This document shows positions 43,706 through 54,157 of a stretch of 64,000 bases of DNA, one piece after another (the stretch's first letter is position 1; each line of letters opens with the position of its first letter). Made by a program: the position numbers and the translations under genes. The stretch comes from Alphaproteobacteria bacterium (GTDB taxonomy: Bacteria; Pseudomonadota; Alphaproteobacteria; UBA828): positions 320,001 through 384,000 of the forward strand of contig CBDEFM010000002.1 of NCBI GenBank assembly GCA_965237415.1. Reading direction: 5' to 3'. The notes under the pieces were generated by a model. The model had not been told where the DNA came from. It did no database searches and was given only the letters and a program-made list of their open reading frames with translations.

Positions 43706-44419
43706 TCAGTGGAACGTCATCTCAGCGAGCAGCGCGAGCGCGAACCCCAGCACGGCGCCGAGCGGCGGCGCCCAGTGCCGCTCAAGGCGCGCCTGCGGCG
43801 CGATGTCCTGGAACATGAGATAGAGAATGCCGCCGGACGCGAACAGCATGATCCCCCCCAGGATGGCGTCCTGATCCGCAAGCCAGAACCAGCCGATCAG
43901 GCCGCACACGGGGCCGAGGAACGCGAGCATCACCATCAGGCCGAGCACGGACCTGCGCTTGAGGTGCCCAGCGGCGAGCTCGTGCCACGCATTGAACCCC
44001 TCGGGAAGATTCTGCAGCCCGATGAGCAGCGCCAGCAGCACCCCGCCTTCGGGGTTGGCGGCGAACATGCCGCCGAGCGCGAGCGACTCCGGCAGGAAAT
44101 CGGCCGCCATGGCGGTAAACTGAGGTGTCGCCTGCTTCGCCCTCGCCTGGATGCGGTCGATCATCATGAAGACGCCGCCACCGGCCAGCATCAGGCCGGC
44201 CACAGCCAGCGGCTCCGGCAGGCGCTCGGCCCCTTCGGGGACCAGCACCAGGGCGACCGCGCCGACCAGCACGCCGCCGCCGAAGGCGATCACGAAATGA
44301 CGAAACTCCTGCTCAAGCCACTGGGAGCGGATGTGTTCGATGTGCGCGAGCCCGGCGCCGATCGGTATGCAGGCACCGGCGAGCGTGGTCCACAGCAGCA
44401 TCTCGACGAATGGGTCCAT
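43706..44419 (-). CDS. ZIP/GufA-family metal transporter
   Basis: AFGGG, DFLPESLALG, QNLPEG, FASGGILYL. Confidence 0.85.
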   Translation of the reverse strand: MDPFVEMLLWTTLAGACIPIGAGLAHIEHIRSQWLEQEFRHFVIAFGGGVLVGAVALVLVPEGAERLPEPLAVAGLMLAGGGVFMMIDRIQARAKQATPQFTAMAADFLPESLALGGMFAANPEGGVLLALLIGLQNLPEGFNAWHELAAGHLKRRSVLGLMVMLAFLGPVCGLIGWFWLADQDAILGGIMLFASGGILYLMFQDIAPQARLERHWAPPLGAVLGFALALLAEMTFH

Positions 44420-44679
44420 CGCGTGACCAATCGGCATTCGGGAAGATCGCGCAGCATAGACGGAAATAATCGGGACAACGCTGCCACGTCACGGCGACGT
44501 TCTCGAAGGGACGACCGGTCAAGATATCGCCGGCGCCACCCGCCCGCTCTACCCGCCTCTGCGGTCACACTATTCCCGGTACCGCAGATACGCGAGCTAA
44601 TACAAGAGCACGCCGCGGAAAGGGGCGTGCCTTCGTCCCTGCGCCTATACCGGATGGAACGGCGGGATATCGGAGAACG

Positions 44680-47067
44680 CTATGCCTCCGCCCTCGGCCG
44701 CGACATCTGCCAATGGGCCAGCGCCTTCTCCCGAGCCAGGCGGAGCAGGGTGCCCTCGGCGTAGCCGCTTTCCGCATCGTGATCGCCCGCAGGCATTCCC
44801 GTGAAGAGCGTCAGCGCCTCGTGGATGGTCGCCACCGCATAGACGCAGAAGTCTCCCGCCGCGCACGCCTCCGAGACGTCCTCGCTCAGCATCAGGTCCC
44901 CGGCATTCGCGTCAGGGATGATCGCGCCCTGAGTTCCGGTGAGTCCGTCCGCCTTGCAGACCGCGAAGAAGCCCTCGACCTTCTCCGTCACCGCGCCGAT
45001 CGCCTGAACATGCCCGAGCTGGTCGATCGCGCCGGTCATCGCGAGGTCCTGGCGGAGCGGCACGCCCGTGAGCGCGCTCAGGAGGCAGCATATCTCCGCA
45101 CCTGAGGCCGAATCGCCGTCGATCCCGCCGTAGCTCTGCTCGAAGGCGACCGAGGCCGAGAAGGCGAGCGGATGATCGGTCTTGAGCAGGTGGCGCATGA
45201 GGCCGCCCAGGATGTAGAAGCCCTTGGTGTGGATGGCGCCGGAGAGCTCCGCTTCGCGTTCGATGTCGACCATGCCGGCGCTTCCCGGGGCCACGGTCGC
45301 GGTGATCCGCTGCGGAAAGCCGTAGGTCAAGGGGCCCGCGCTGACCACTGCGAGCCCGTTGACCTGGCCAACTTCGGTTCCCGTCGTTCTAACGCCGATC
45401 TTGCCCTCGGCGATCATCTGGCGGAAGCGACGGGCCGGCAGGTCGGCGCGCCGTCGCCCACGGCGGATCGCCTCGCTCACGTCGGTCCCTGCCACTGCGC
45501 TGCGCTTGGCCTTGCCGGCGAGGAACGCGGCCTCCCGGGCAACGTCGGCGAGGCGACCGAAACGCGTCGTCAGCCGGTCGCGCCGGCCAGCGACGCGGGC
45601 ACCGTGATCGGTCAGCGCCACCACGGCATCACGCGCGAACGGCACGAGCGCCTCGTCGCGAGCGATTCGCGAAATCACGCCGGCGTAATAGCCGACCCCC
45701 GCCTCGTCGCGCGGGATGGTGGTCTCGAAATCGGCCAGCACCTTGAACAACTGCCCGAAATCCGGGTCGGTGGCGCTGAGGAGCTCGTAGAGGCCGCCGT
45801 CGCCGATCAGCACCACCTTGACGTTGATCGGGATCGGGTCGGGCTTGAGGAACGGCGCGCCGAAGGGGGAGGCGGCCTCGGCCGGGACGATCTCCAGCAT
45901 GCCCGACCGCAGGCTGCGCAACAGCACCTTCCAGGCGCCGGGCTCGGCAAGCACGTCGCGCGCCTCCAAAATCAGGAAGCCGCCGTCTGCCTGGAGCAGC
46001 GATCCCCCCTGTATCGTCAGGTGGTCTGCGTGCGGGCGGCCCTCGGCCACGAAATCGCGCTCGATCTCGCCGAGGAGATTCCTGAGCGAGGGCGTGCGCT
46101 CGATCACGATCGGACAGCCGGCTGCGGCGTCGTGCTCAAGGATCAGGTTCACCCGATATCTGCGGGTCGCGGCCTTGATCTGGTCGAGGGCACCGAGCCT
46201 TTGCACCAGATCGGCGACCACGTCGGCGAGGAAGTCGCGCACCGCCGGCACGTCGAACGCGGACTCGATCGTATCGATGTGGTGGCCGAGAGCGCGGCGG
46301 GTCTCGGACTCCAGCAGCGCACGCAGCTTCGCCCGATGGTCCGATCGGACTTCGCCGATCTTGTGGCCAAGTTCCTCGAATTCGAGTGCGAACGCACCGA
46401 TACGTTCGCGAACGCGCTCGATCGTTTCAGGTTCGATCTTGCCTTGGGTGCCAAGCGCCTCGAGCTGCTGAAGCGGAACCGCCTCGCCGTCCACGACCGG
46501 CAGGATGTCGGTCTGCACGCCGCCGGTCACCGCGCGCGTGACCAGCGCGAGGCCGTTGGCACGCAGCTCCTCTTCGAACGGTGCGCCGAGCTCTCGCATC
46601 GATTGCTGGGCGCTCTTGTCGAGCGCCGCGCGCCTAGCACGGACGGACTCCGCATTCAGGACCTGGGCCAGTTCCTCTTCGACGAACTCGATCAGACGAT
46701 CGACGCCGCCGCTGAAGTCGCGTCCGCTCCCGCGCGGAAGGGTAATCAGTCGCGGCCGGCCGGGCTGGGCAAAGTTGTGGACATAGCATCGGTCTTCCGC
46801 CAGAGGGCAGCCGGGGCTGATGTCTTCCAGCAATTGGCGAACCAGGCTCTTTCGACCGGTGCCTGCGATGCCGCGCACATAGATATTCTGGCCTGGCGCG
46901 AAGACTTCGAGTCCGTAGCGCAGCGCCTCGATCGCGTCGTCCTGGCCAACGACGCCAGTGATGGGCTCGATCTCGTCGGTGGTCCCGAACTGCGGCAGCA
47001 GCGACTCGCAGCACCAGCGTAGCGCGTCTGCGCCGAGCGGCTTGCCTGTGCTGAATCCAGAAACCAC
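44680..47067 (-). CDS. Lon-like protease (LonB/LonC type, AAA-like plus S16 domain)
   Basis: GQVNGL, DIEREAELSG, FEQSYGGIDGDSAS, EKVEGFF Ser-Lys dyad. Confidence 0.88.
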   Translation of the reverse strand: MVSGFSTGKPLGADALRWCCESLLPQFGTTDEIEPITGVVGQDDAIEALRYGLEVFAPGQNIYVRGIAGTGRKSLVRQLLEDISPGCPLAEDRCYVHNFAQPGRPRLITLPRGSGRDFSGGVDRLIEFVEEELAQVLNAESVRARRAALDKSAQQSMRELGAPFEEELRANGLALVTRAVTGGVQTDILPVVDGEAVPLQQLEALGTQGKIEPETIERVRERIGAFALEFEELGHKIGEVRSDHRAKLRALLESETRRALGHHIDTIESAFDVPAVRDFLADVVADLVQRLGALDQIKAATRRYRVNLILEHDAAAGCPIVIERTPSLRNLLGEIERDFVAEGRPHADHLTIQGGSLLQADGGFLILEARDVLAEPGAWKVLLRSLRSGMLEIVPAEAASPFGAPFLKPDPIPINVKVVLIGDGGLYELLSATDPDFGQLFKVLADFETTIPRDEAGVGYYAGVISRIARDEALVPFARDAVVALTDHGARVAGRRDRLTTRFGRLADVAREAAFLAGKAKRSAVAGTDVSEAIRRGRRRADLPARRFRQMIAEGKIGVRTTGTEVGQVNGLAVVSAGPLTYGFPQRITATVAPGSAGMVDIEREAELSGAIHTKGFYILGGLMRHLLKTDHPLAFSASVAFEQSYGGIDGDSASGAEICCLLSALTGVPLRQDLAMTGAIDQLGHVQAIGAVTEKVEGFFAVCKADGLTGTQGAIIPDANAGDLMLSEDVSEACAAGDFCVYAVATIHEALTLFTGMPAGDHDAESGYAEGTLLRLAREKALAHWQMSRPRAEA

Positions 47068-47164
47068 GGCTCACCTCATTCGCGACCGTTCCATATGGAT
47101 GCTTCCATATGGACGTACGTGGACGCCCCCTTCCGATGCAAGCGATTTTCGGTCAGATAGGTTT

Positions 47165-47300
47165 GGCATAGGGCGCACCTGGCTGTTCGCGGGCTCCAAG
47201 CGCGGCGGCGAGCAGGCCGTTGCAACGTACAGTCTCATCGGCACCGCCAAGCTGAGCGACGTCGACCCGCAGGCGTGGCTCGCCGACGTCCTCCACCGGC
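47165..47300 (+). pseudogene. IS66 TnpC C-terminal fragment
   Basis: GRTWLFAGSKRGG...YSLIGTAKLSDVDPQAWLADVL. Confidence 0.8.
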
Positions 47301-47449
47301 GCCCTGTCGCTAGCAAGTGTATTTGTCCGGTTTTCGTAGCACATCATATGTCCGCTTCTGTTGTTGCGGTTGGCCCTGTGGGGAAGTGGTCAGGCGCGGA
47401 GCGGCTGTCCACTTGTCCACAGGGCGCCGGCCGGTCGCGTCGAAGCGTC

Positions 47450-48634
47450 TCACGCGGCCTGCCGGGTTGGGGTTTCGATGGGCTCGCCGTTGGCGGTGTA
47501 GCGGGCGAGGCATCGGGGCCCGTGGAAGAGGGCGAGGGTTCCGTCCGGATACTCGTGGACCCGGACCGTGGCCTTGACGTAGTGGTGTCTGGCCGGGGTG
47601 GCGGGGATCTGGAGGACGCGCCTTTCGTAGCGCACGGTGTTGTCGCGGGCGACCGTGCGGTCTGTGCGGCGACAGAGGATGTCGTCGATCTGGCCGGGGT
47701 GTTCGAGGGGCACGAAGGCGCTGTCTTCGAGTTCGGGCTGGGTGGTGAAGCGGCGATTGTGGTCGGGCAGGTAGGTGTCTGCGATGAAGCGGTCGGCGGC
47801 TTCGACCGTCGCGATCCCCGCCAACGCCAGTTCCTTGACGAGGCGGTCCTGGAGGGTGCCGAAGGCGCGCTCGGAGCGGCCGCGGGCCTCGGGCGAATAG
47901 GCAGCGATGTGCTCGATGCCGAGCTGATGGAGGGCGCGGCCGACCTGGGTGTGTTGATCCTTGGCGACCTTGCCGCCTGCCTCGGGGGTGTGGAAGTAGT
48001 GGCTGCCACGGTCGGTGTAGAGGCTGCTGGGCATCCCCTTGTCGGTGAACACCTGCTTCAGCGCCCGGAAGGTGGACGCGGTGCCTTCCTCCTCGACCAG
48101 GAAGGCCGAATAGATCTCTGAGGTGGCGTCGTCCATGGTGACGATCAGGTCGCACGCCGCCTGGCCGGCCAGCCACTCATGGCGTGAGCCGTCCTGATGG
48201 AGCATCATGCCGACGCAGGGCTTGCGCGGGCGCCGGCGACGGTGGGCGCCGCGCCTGGGTGCCTTGGACACCAGGCCTGCGCGCTGCAAGGTGGTCTTGG
48301 TCCAGGTGTAGCTCCAGGCGAAGCCATGGTGGGCGCAGAGATGGTCGTGGAAGTGCTTGACCGTCCAGCCCGTATGGCGGGTTCGGTACTGCTCGAGCAC
48401 CCATTCGATCCGGTCGGCCGGCACGCGGCGCGCGGACGCCTTGTCGAGCCTTCGGTCGAACAATCCGTCCAGGCCATCGTCCTCGTAGCGGCGCCGGTAG
48501 CGGCGGAAGCTGCGCTCGCTCATCCCCAGCATCTCCGCCGCCTCCAGCGCAGACAGGCGTCGTGCCTGCCAGTGCCCCAGCACATTCTGAAACGTCTGCA
48601 TCCTGCGTTCCTGTAGCAACGTCGTCCGGCTCAT
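47450..48634 (-). CDS. Intact DDE transposase of copy 2
   Basis: HTH, HQDGSRHEW, MDDATS, YTDRGS, RGRSERAFGTLQDRL. Confidence 0.9.
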   Translation of the reverse strand: MSRTTLLQERRMQTFQNVLGHWQARRLSALEAAEMLGMSERSFRRYRRRYEDDGLDGLFDRRLDKASARRVPADRIEWVLEQYRTRHTGWTVKHFHDHLCAHHGFAWSYTWTKTTLQRAGLVSKAPRRGAHRRRRPRKPCVGMMLHQDGSRHEWLAGQAACDLIVTMDDATSEIYSAFLVEEEGTASTFRALKQVFTDKGMPSSLYTDRGSHYFHTPEAGGKVAKDQHTQVGRALHQLGIEHIAAYSPEARGRSERAFGTLQDRLVKELALAGIATVEAADRFIADTYLPDHNRRFTTQPELEDSAFVPLEHPGQIDDILCRRTDRTVARDNTVRYERRVLQIPATPARHHYVKATVRVHEYPDGTLALFHGPRCLARYTANGEPIETPTRQAA

Positions 48635-48707
48635 CGCGGTCCCTCCCCACGGAGAGACCAAACCGGACAACTCGTGTGCTACCTAAACCGGACACATCAT
48701 GTGCTAG

Positions 48708-48832
48708 TCACCTGACACTGAAGTTGAGATCATTTTCAATTGGCAGTGTCGTCACACTAAGTCGCTCTATTGTCGAAGAATGTGGTCGTGCAATATAGTT
48801 GTCTTTATGTGGCGAACTTCAGATTCAGGTGA
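48708..48832. mobile_element. 125-bp MITE with CTAG duplication
   Basis: TIR TCACCTGA(CA/AT)CTGAAGTT; CTAG at 48704-48707 and 48833-48836. Confidence 0.85.
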
Positions 48833-49086
48833 CTAGCGACACGTCCTCCACCGGCGCCCTTGCAGGCAGACGCGGACATGCTACGGTCACGGCGTCGCTG
48901 CGGAGGAGCAGCCCTCCCCCTCAGATCCGTCCGCCAGAGCGGGGTCCCGCGCACGTTCCTTGGGCGGGCGCGCACCAAAGCCATGAGGGGCAGAAGAGGA
49001 GGGCTGTCGTCCGAGACAATATCGGCGGACGAGCCGTATGACTCATCAACTTGCGCGAAGGCATCGCACCGAGTGAGCGGCATCAG

Positions 49087-49731
49087 ATGACGTCTTCGTA
49101 TTCATCTGGCGAGAAGATTGCGGACACGGCGGTCCATGCGGCCTCAATCGCCGCAAGCATCGCGGGACTGACGATGCTGGTGATCGTCGGCAGCCGTTAC
49201 GCCGGTGCCCTTCCGGTTACAAGCTATGCGATCTACGGCGGCTCGATGCTCCTGATGATCACGATCTCGGGCCTCTACCATTGGATCACTCACGCGTCCT
49301 TCAAAGCCGTTTTGCGCGTGATGGATCACTGCGCGATCTACTTTCTTATTGCCGGCACCTATACCCCGGTGACGCTGCTCAGCTTGCGAGGCGCCTGGGG
49401 CTGGACACTGTTCGGCGTTGTATGGGGTATCGCCATCGCGGGCGTATTGGTGAAGACGCTTGCCGTCGGCCGTTTTGAACGCTTGTCGATAGGCCTCTAC
49501 ATGCTGCTCGGCTGGGTCGGCCTGATCGGCCTGGGGCCGTTGATCGAGCATCTCTCATGGCCCGCTCTTGCACTATTCGGCAGCGGCGGCGTGCTATTCA
49601 GTATAGGGGTATTGCTATTCTATCGGTGGCGCAGGCTGCCCTATCATAACTTTATATGGCATTTGTTTGTCTTGGCGGGTGCGATGACGCATTACTTCGC
49701 AGTTATCTTCTTCGTGCGCCCCGCAGTCTGA
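49087..49731 (+). CDS. trhA: Hemolysin III/PAQR family membrane protein
   Basis: SGLYH, DHCAIYFLIAGTYTP, HNFIWHLFV. Confidence 0.9.
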   Translation: MTSSYSSGEKIADTAVHAASIAASIAGLTMLVIVGSRYAGALPVTSYAIYGGSMLLMITISGLYHWITHASFKAVLRVMDHCAIYFLIAGTYTPVTLLSLRGAWGWTLFGVVWGIAIAGVLVKTLAVGRFERLSIGLYMLLGWVGLIGLGPLIEHLSWPALALFGSGGVLFSIGVLLFYRWRRLPYHNFIWHLFVLAGAMTHYFAVIFFVRPAV

Positions 49732-49929
49732 GTTACGGAACGCGGGTCTCGTCGGGGATACGATATCGAAGCAGTAATCTGGAAAGGTCGCCGTACTCGG
49801 ATGCGCATAGCCAGAAGCGGCGAGCGCAGCGCGGGCAGCGGGAGACGCCCTGAGAAGGTCGCCTATGGCGTTTCTTCATTCCAGCGGTCCAGGGCCATCG
49901 TCGAAGCGGCCCACGAAATGGTGGGCGTG

Positions 49930-50205
49930 GATTCCACGGGAGAGATGTTCGCTGGAGGAGATCGTCACAAAGCTCCGACACGTCGAATTGACGACGACCG
50001 AGCGCAAGGCGATCGCAGTTGCGGTGAAGACGATCGGCGTCACCGAGACCACGCTCTATCGTTGGCCCTCCGAGTATGGCGGCCTGAACACCGATCGGGT
50101 GACGCGGTTCCGCAGCGCTCAAGAGAGCAAATGCTCGATTTCGCAGCGTGATCATGGAGCTGACATTCTAAAACTGATCTTCAAGGAGGCGGCGGAAGGA
50201 CATAC
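49930..50205 (+). pseudogene. IS3-family OrfA remnant
   Basis: EEIVTKLRHV...IGVTETTLYRW-x-SEYGGL...KLIFKEAA. Confidence 0.75.
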
Positions 50206-50248
50206 AAGCGATCACATTCAGCCCAATACCTAACTTGATTGTCGGCAT

Positions 50249-51373
50249 TTACGGTTGCTGGGCGTGTTCGTGCCCACACCAGCTTTGTGCTTCAGTAAAT
50301 ATGCGGGTAACTTCCGGATATGCACCCTTTATCTCTGCCTCAAGCTCCGAGATTGTGCGTTCAACACCTGCCGAGTTGAGTCTGTCATGAAAATCCAGGC
50401 TCAAATTCAGCAGCACGTCTTGTGGCCCCAAATGCATCGTCAACAATTCGTTTACGCGCTCAACTCCTCGCTTGTTCTGGACAATCGATTTCCTGCTTAT
50501 CCACGAAAGTCCGCTCACCGATGCCTTGTTCCTGCTCGTGTCTAAGTCCGACGAGGTCACAACGACGTAGGCGGGAGTTGCACGGTGCGGACTCGGTTAT
50601 GGCACAGCGACTGGAAACCGCGATGGCTCATACGTTGCGTCTCGGCAGCCTTGCTGAGCTTCATGGATAAGCAGGATCGATTTTACACCGGCCACGAGTA
50701 CCGGACTAACGGCTTCGCCGATCAACAGGCCCTTGCTTTCGTACGCGAGCAAGACAGCGGTGAGCCCCAGAATGCAACCAATAACGATAGAGGCGACACC
50801 GTCCAACATGGGTATTTGCAGGTAGTCCGATAACGCCACGCCCAGGAAGGCGACCAGAAGACCGAGCATGGCTGCACCGTCCTCAAACAGCACCGTGAAG
50901 ATCGTCGGATCCTTGCTGGCACGAACTGCAGCAAAGTAGCCGAGGGGTCCTTTCAAGCGGCGAAATTCACGAAAGGCGACCCACCAGGCACCACCCTCAA
51001 AAACGAGAGCAAGCCCCAGGACCACGTAGTTGATCTCTGGATTTACGATTGGGTGAGGCTCAATGATCTTCGCAATACCCTCGTACAACGAAAGACCCGC
51101 GCCAACGGCAAAAATGAGAATAGCGACAACAAAGGTCCAAAAATACAGTTCCATACCGTAGCCGAACGGGTGTTCCGCATCAGCCGGCCGACTGGCCTGT
51201 TTCATGCCGTGAAGAAGAAAAACCTGGTTGCCGGTGTCGACAACTGAATGGATTGCCTCGCTGAGCATGGCAGAGCTGCCGGTCATTGCCGCTGCAATGA
51301 ATTTTTTAATGGCTATCAAAGCGTTGCCAGCCAGGGCAGTATAGATCACCTTCTTCGAGGCATGTGTGGCCAT
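50249..51373 (-). pseudogene. Cation diffusion facilitator transporter split by a MITE
   Basis: SEAIHSVVD, HPFGYG, VLFED; removing the MITE restores GVKSIVQNK...TMHLGP. Confidence 0.88.
50492..50675. mobile_element. 184-bp MITE, IS1595-family (ISSod11-like ends)
   Basis: TIR CCTGCTTATCCA(C/T)GAA; 8-bp TSD ATCGATTT at 50484-50491 and 50676-50683. Confidence 0.9.
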
Positions 51374-51949
51374 AAGGCAGCTCCACACTATTGGGTAGTT
51401 GTTGCCTATCGCGTCAAAATGCGGTCGCTATACTGGGATTAGAGACTCGAATTCCCGAGAAACGGAATGGCCGAATGTGCTTCCAGGAGTCTGTTGGAGT
51501 GAAGAGCATATACGTATCGGTGCAGCCGCTCAGATAGAGCGGAATAGCACTGGTGACGACGAACCCATTGACCCCAGGGCTTTCCTCTCCGGTGTGGTGG
51601 CGTTCGCAAGCGGTGAGATCAGCATCGAGATCGTTAGGGAAGCGTTCGCTACGTCAGGGCTCGCCTGCTCCAGAGCCAGCCGGCGGTTGCCGCGGGTGTG
51701 CAGGCGGTTGTCGTTGAGGATCTGCTCGACCGCTCCTGCCGACCCTCCAAGGCTATCATGGCCTCGAACCGGTTGTAATCGTCAGCTGATGGGGTTCCTG
51801 CCGTGTCGACGGTGCGCCTCAGCAGTATTGCCCGACTCCCGAACCAGCTCGAACACGCTCCTGGCCCGGCCTACTCATGCTGCGTTGCCTTCGGCGGTCA
51901 CGATGGCGCGGCGTGAGTTTTTCCCCTGACGCCGTCTGGCATCTGGTTT

Positions 51950-52240
51950 GAGTTTTGTTGTGGCAGGTGTTGGTGGTTGAGAGAGTTCGGGTTTGCGGGG
52001 CGCGGGGCGCCCCGGCGATCAGGGAGCTGCCGCTGCGAGGCGCCCTGCGAGCAGGCGGAAGAAAGCGGCGTCCGGGCAGGCCGAGGCGAAGTGGATGCGG
52101 ACGCGGGCGGCCCTTTCGACGACGCGGGCGCCGATCTTGAGCAGGCCAGCCTGAGGGTGGCGAACTCGGCCCGGGCGAGAGGCGTGGCACGGGGAATGGC
52201 GTCGCGCAGGGCGAGCATCAGCCAGTAGGCGCCGGTGGCC
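51950..52240 (-). pseudogene. IS1380-family transposase 3' remnant
   Basis: AYWLMLALRDAIP...AEFATLRL, frameshift, LLKIGARVVE...RIHFASACP. Confidence 0.75.
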
Positions 52241-52241
52241 G

Positions 52242-52348
52242 GCGCATCGTCGACATGATCGAAACCACGTCCGGTCGGACGGTTCCGGACGAACTCAAGG
52301 CGCCGTTGCTGCGCGGCACGGAAGAACTCGACCTGGTCCAATCCGGCC
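52242..52348 (+). pseudogene. Short fragment resembling a Glu/Leu/Phe/Val dehydrogenase C-terminus
   Basis: RIVDMIETTSGRTVPDELKAPLLRGTEELDLVQSGL. Confidence 0.35.
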
Positions 52349-52525
52349 TTGGACTTGACCCGTATCCGTGGACACCTGCTCAGTTGGGAGAAAGGAGTCC
52401 ACGATGTCGATGACGCGCCCACCCTATCCATCCGGTTTCCGGGAACAGATGGTCGGGCTGGTTCGATCGAGCCGCTCACCGGAGGAGCCGGCTCGGGAGT
52501 TCGAGCCGTCCGCTCAGTCGATCCG
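52349..52525 (+). pseudogene. IS3-family left end and OrfA fragment
   Basis: TG...GTGGACA end, RBS, MTRPPYPSGFREQMVGLVR...AREFEPSAQSIR. Confidence 0.75.
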
Positions 52526-52622
52526 TGTGCGGACGTCCCCGGTGATGCAAGCAATTTTTTCGGACAGCTTGGAGCATGTAATAAGGTGCTGCTGTCGTGT
52601 GTCCGACCTCATCACTGCTGCA

Positions 52623-53460
52623 TGTCACGCGCTATTAACGGCGGCCCAATATGCGCCAGTCATGGCCCTTTGTCTGTTGTGGCGAGGGGCGGGGGATGTA
52701 CGGCGTGGAGCTCTATGGGGCGGTAGGGCTGGCGGTGGTCGACGAGGGTTTGAACCTCCGCGAGTCGGCGCGGCAGTTCAGCATCGACCGGCGGACGGTG
52801 AAGAAGATGCAGAGCTATTCGGCGCCACCGGGCTATCGCCGGACGGCGCCGGTTAGGCGGCCGAAGCTAAGGGGCTTCACCGGCATTATCGACGCGTTCC
52901 TGGAGGCGGACCGGAATGAGCTGCGCAAGCAGCGGCACACAGCAAAGCGGATCTTCGAGCGGCTGCGGGACGAGCACGGCTTTGCCGGCGGCTACACCAT
53001 ACAGACCGTGTGAAAACGTCATTGAATTCAGATTTTCGAGTAAGTCTGCTTGATTTCTGAAAAGTGCAGCCTGCTAAGTCATTGATTTCATTAACACTGA
53101 AAATTCAACCATTGGGCTGAAATCACATTTCGAGCGATTCTCCGACGTTTTGACACAGTCTGCATAGTGAAGGACTATGTGCGCAGTCCACGCGCGAGGC
53201 CTTCGTGCCGCTCCTTCACTCGCAGGGTCGTGCCCAGGTCGAAGTCGATGAGGCGGTGGTGGAGGTCCGGGGCCGGCGCGAGAAGGTCGCCTTCTTATGC
53301 GTGATCTTGCACCATTCCGATGTCTGCTTCGTGAAGGCCTATCCGAGGGAGACGGCCGAGGCCTTCCTCGACGGCCATGTCAGCGCCTTCGCCTTTCTCG
53401 GTGGGGTTCCGCGATCGGTTTTGTACGACAACACGACCCTCACGGTGACGCGGATCTTGG
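52623..53460 (+). pseudogene. IS21-family istA remnant interrupted by a MITE
   Basis: RKQRHTAKRIFERLRDEHGFAGGYTI, then VKDYVR, AYPRETAEAFLDGH, LYDNT. Confidence 0.85.
53002..53162. mobile_element. 161-bp AT-rich MITE, IS1182-like ends
   Basis: TIR CAGAC(C/T)GTGT(G/C)AAAACGTC; 4-bp TSD CATA. Confidence 0.85.
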
Positions 53461-53872
53461 GTGTTGTGCGGCGCGGTGTCGTGACCCCTCAAATTGGAAC
53501 AAGTTCAATTAGTTGCCGAGCCGATCGGTGTCAAACGGGTACGCCGAATAACAGATACCCTCAGATGCCTAATTTGAAGGCCACGCACAGGGCAGCCGAT
53601 CCCAGAATGCAGGAATCCGGTAAGAATACGGGGAAATTTCAAGGCTGTTGGTACCGTGTCAGCCGCGCATTGTCAGTGCTGGCAAACGATCGGCGGAGCA
53701 CTGGGAATTGAAGCGGCGCGCGGGTCTGACGAGCGTTGACATCCGGATCGCGCCCCACCGCTAACGCTACAGCAACGGGATAACTACGGCCGATCGCCCG
53801 AGTCTTGCAGGCCCGGCTTCTACATAGGAAAGGCGCAGCACGGACTGTGAAACGGGGCCGGTGTGTGCCGCG

Positions 53873-54157
53873 CTACGATTTGGCGTGCTCGACGATGATC
53901 CGGCCGCGCCCGCGCCGGAGCAGGTAGCCACCGCGCGGGATCGCCAGCGTGCCCTCCTGGACCAGGGGCCAGAGCGTGTCGACGATCGTCTGCGCGTTGG
54001 TGTCGGTCTCTGCCTTGGCTCCCGCCGATTGCCCGGAAAGCCACGCGGCGAACGCCTGCTCGCCGATCTCTTCGCCCACGGACTTGCGCAGTGCATTGAG
54101 CTTGCGGCGCTGTCCCTTCGTCAGGGTGGTCTCATCGATCCGGGATGTGTCTGCCAT
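53873..54157 (-). CDS. Unknown 94-aa basic protein, paralog A
   Basis: RBS GGAGAGG; about 68 identical residues with 59485-59760 by hand alignment. Confidence 0.85.
   Translation of the reverse strand: MADTSRIDETTLTKGQRRKLNALRKSVGEEIGEQAFAAWLSGQSAGAKAETDTNAQTIVDTLWPLVQEGTLAIPRGGYLLRRGRGRIIVEHAKS

Larger units (their letters stand above)
47305..48841 (-). mobile_element. IS1202/ISNCY-type IS, copy 2, with a MITE inside one TIR
   Basis: Near-identical to copy 1; 18-bp TSD CGTCCTCCACCGGCGCCC at 47287-47304 and 48842-48859. Confidence 0.9.

Noticed and set aside
47090-47165. IS110 end or group II intron terminus
   Set aside because: Only a short GGACGCCCC...TGCAAG resemblance and no associated gene.
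37423-48841. Composite transposon formed by the two inverted IS copies
   Set aside because: Each copy has its own distinct TSD, so they are independent insertions.
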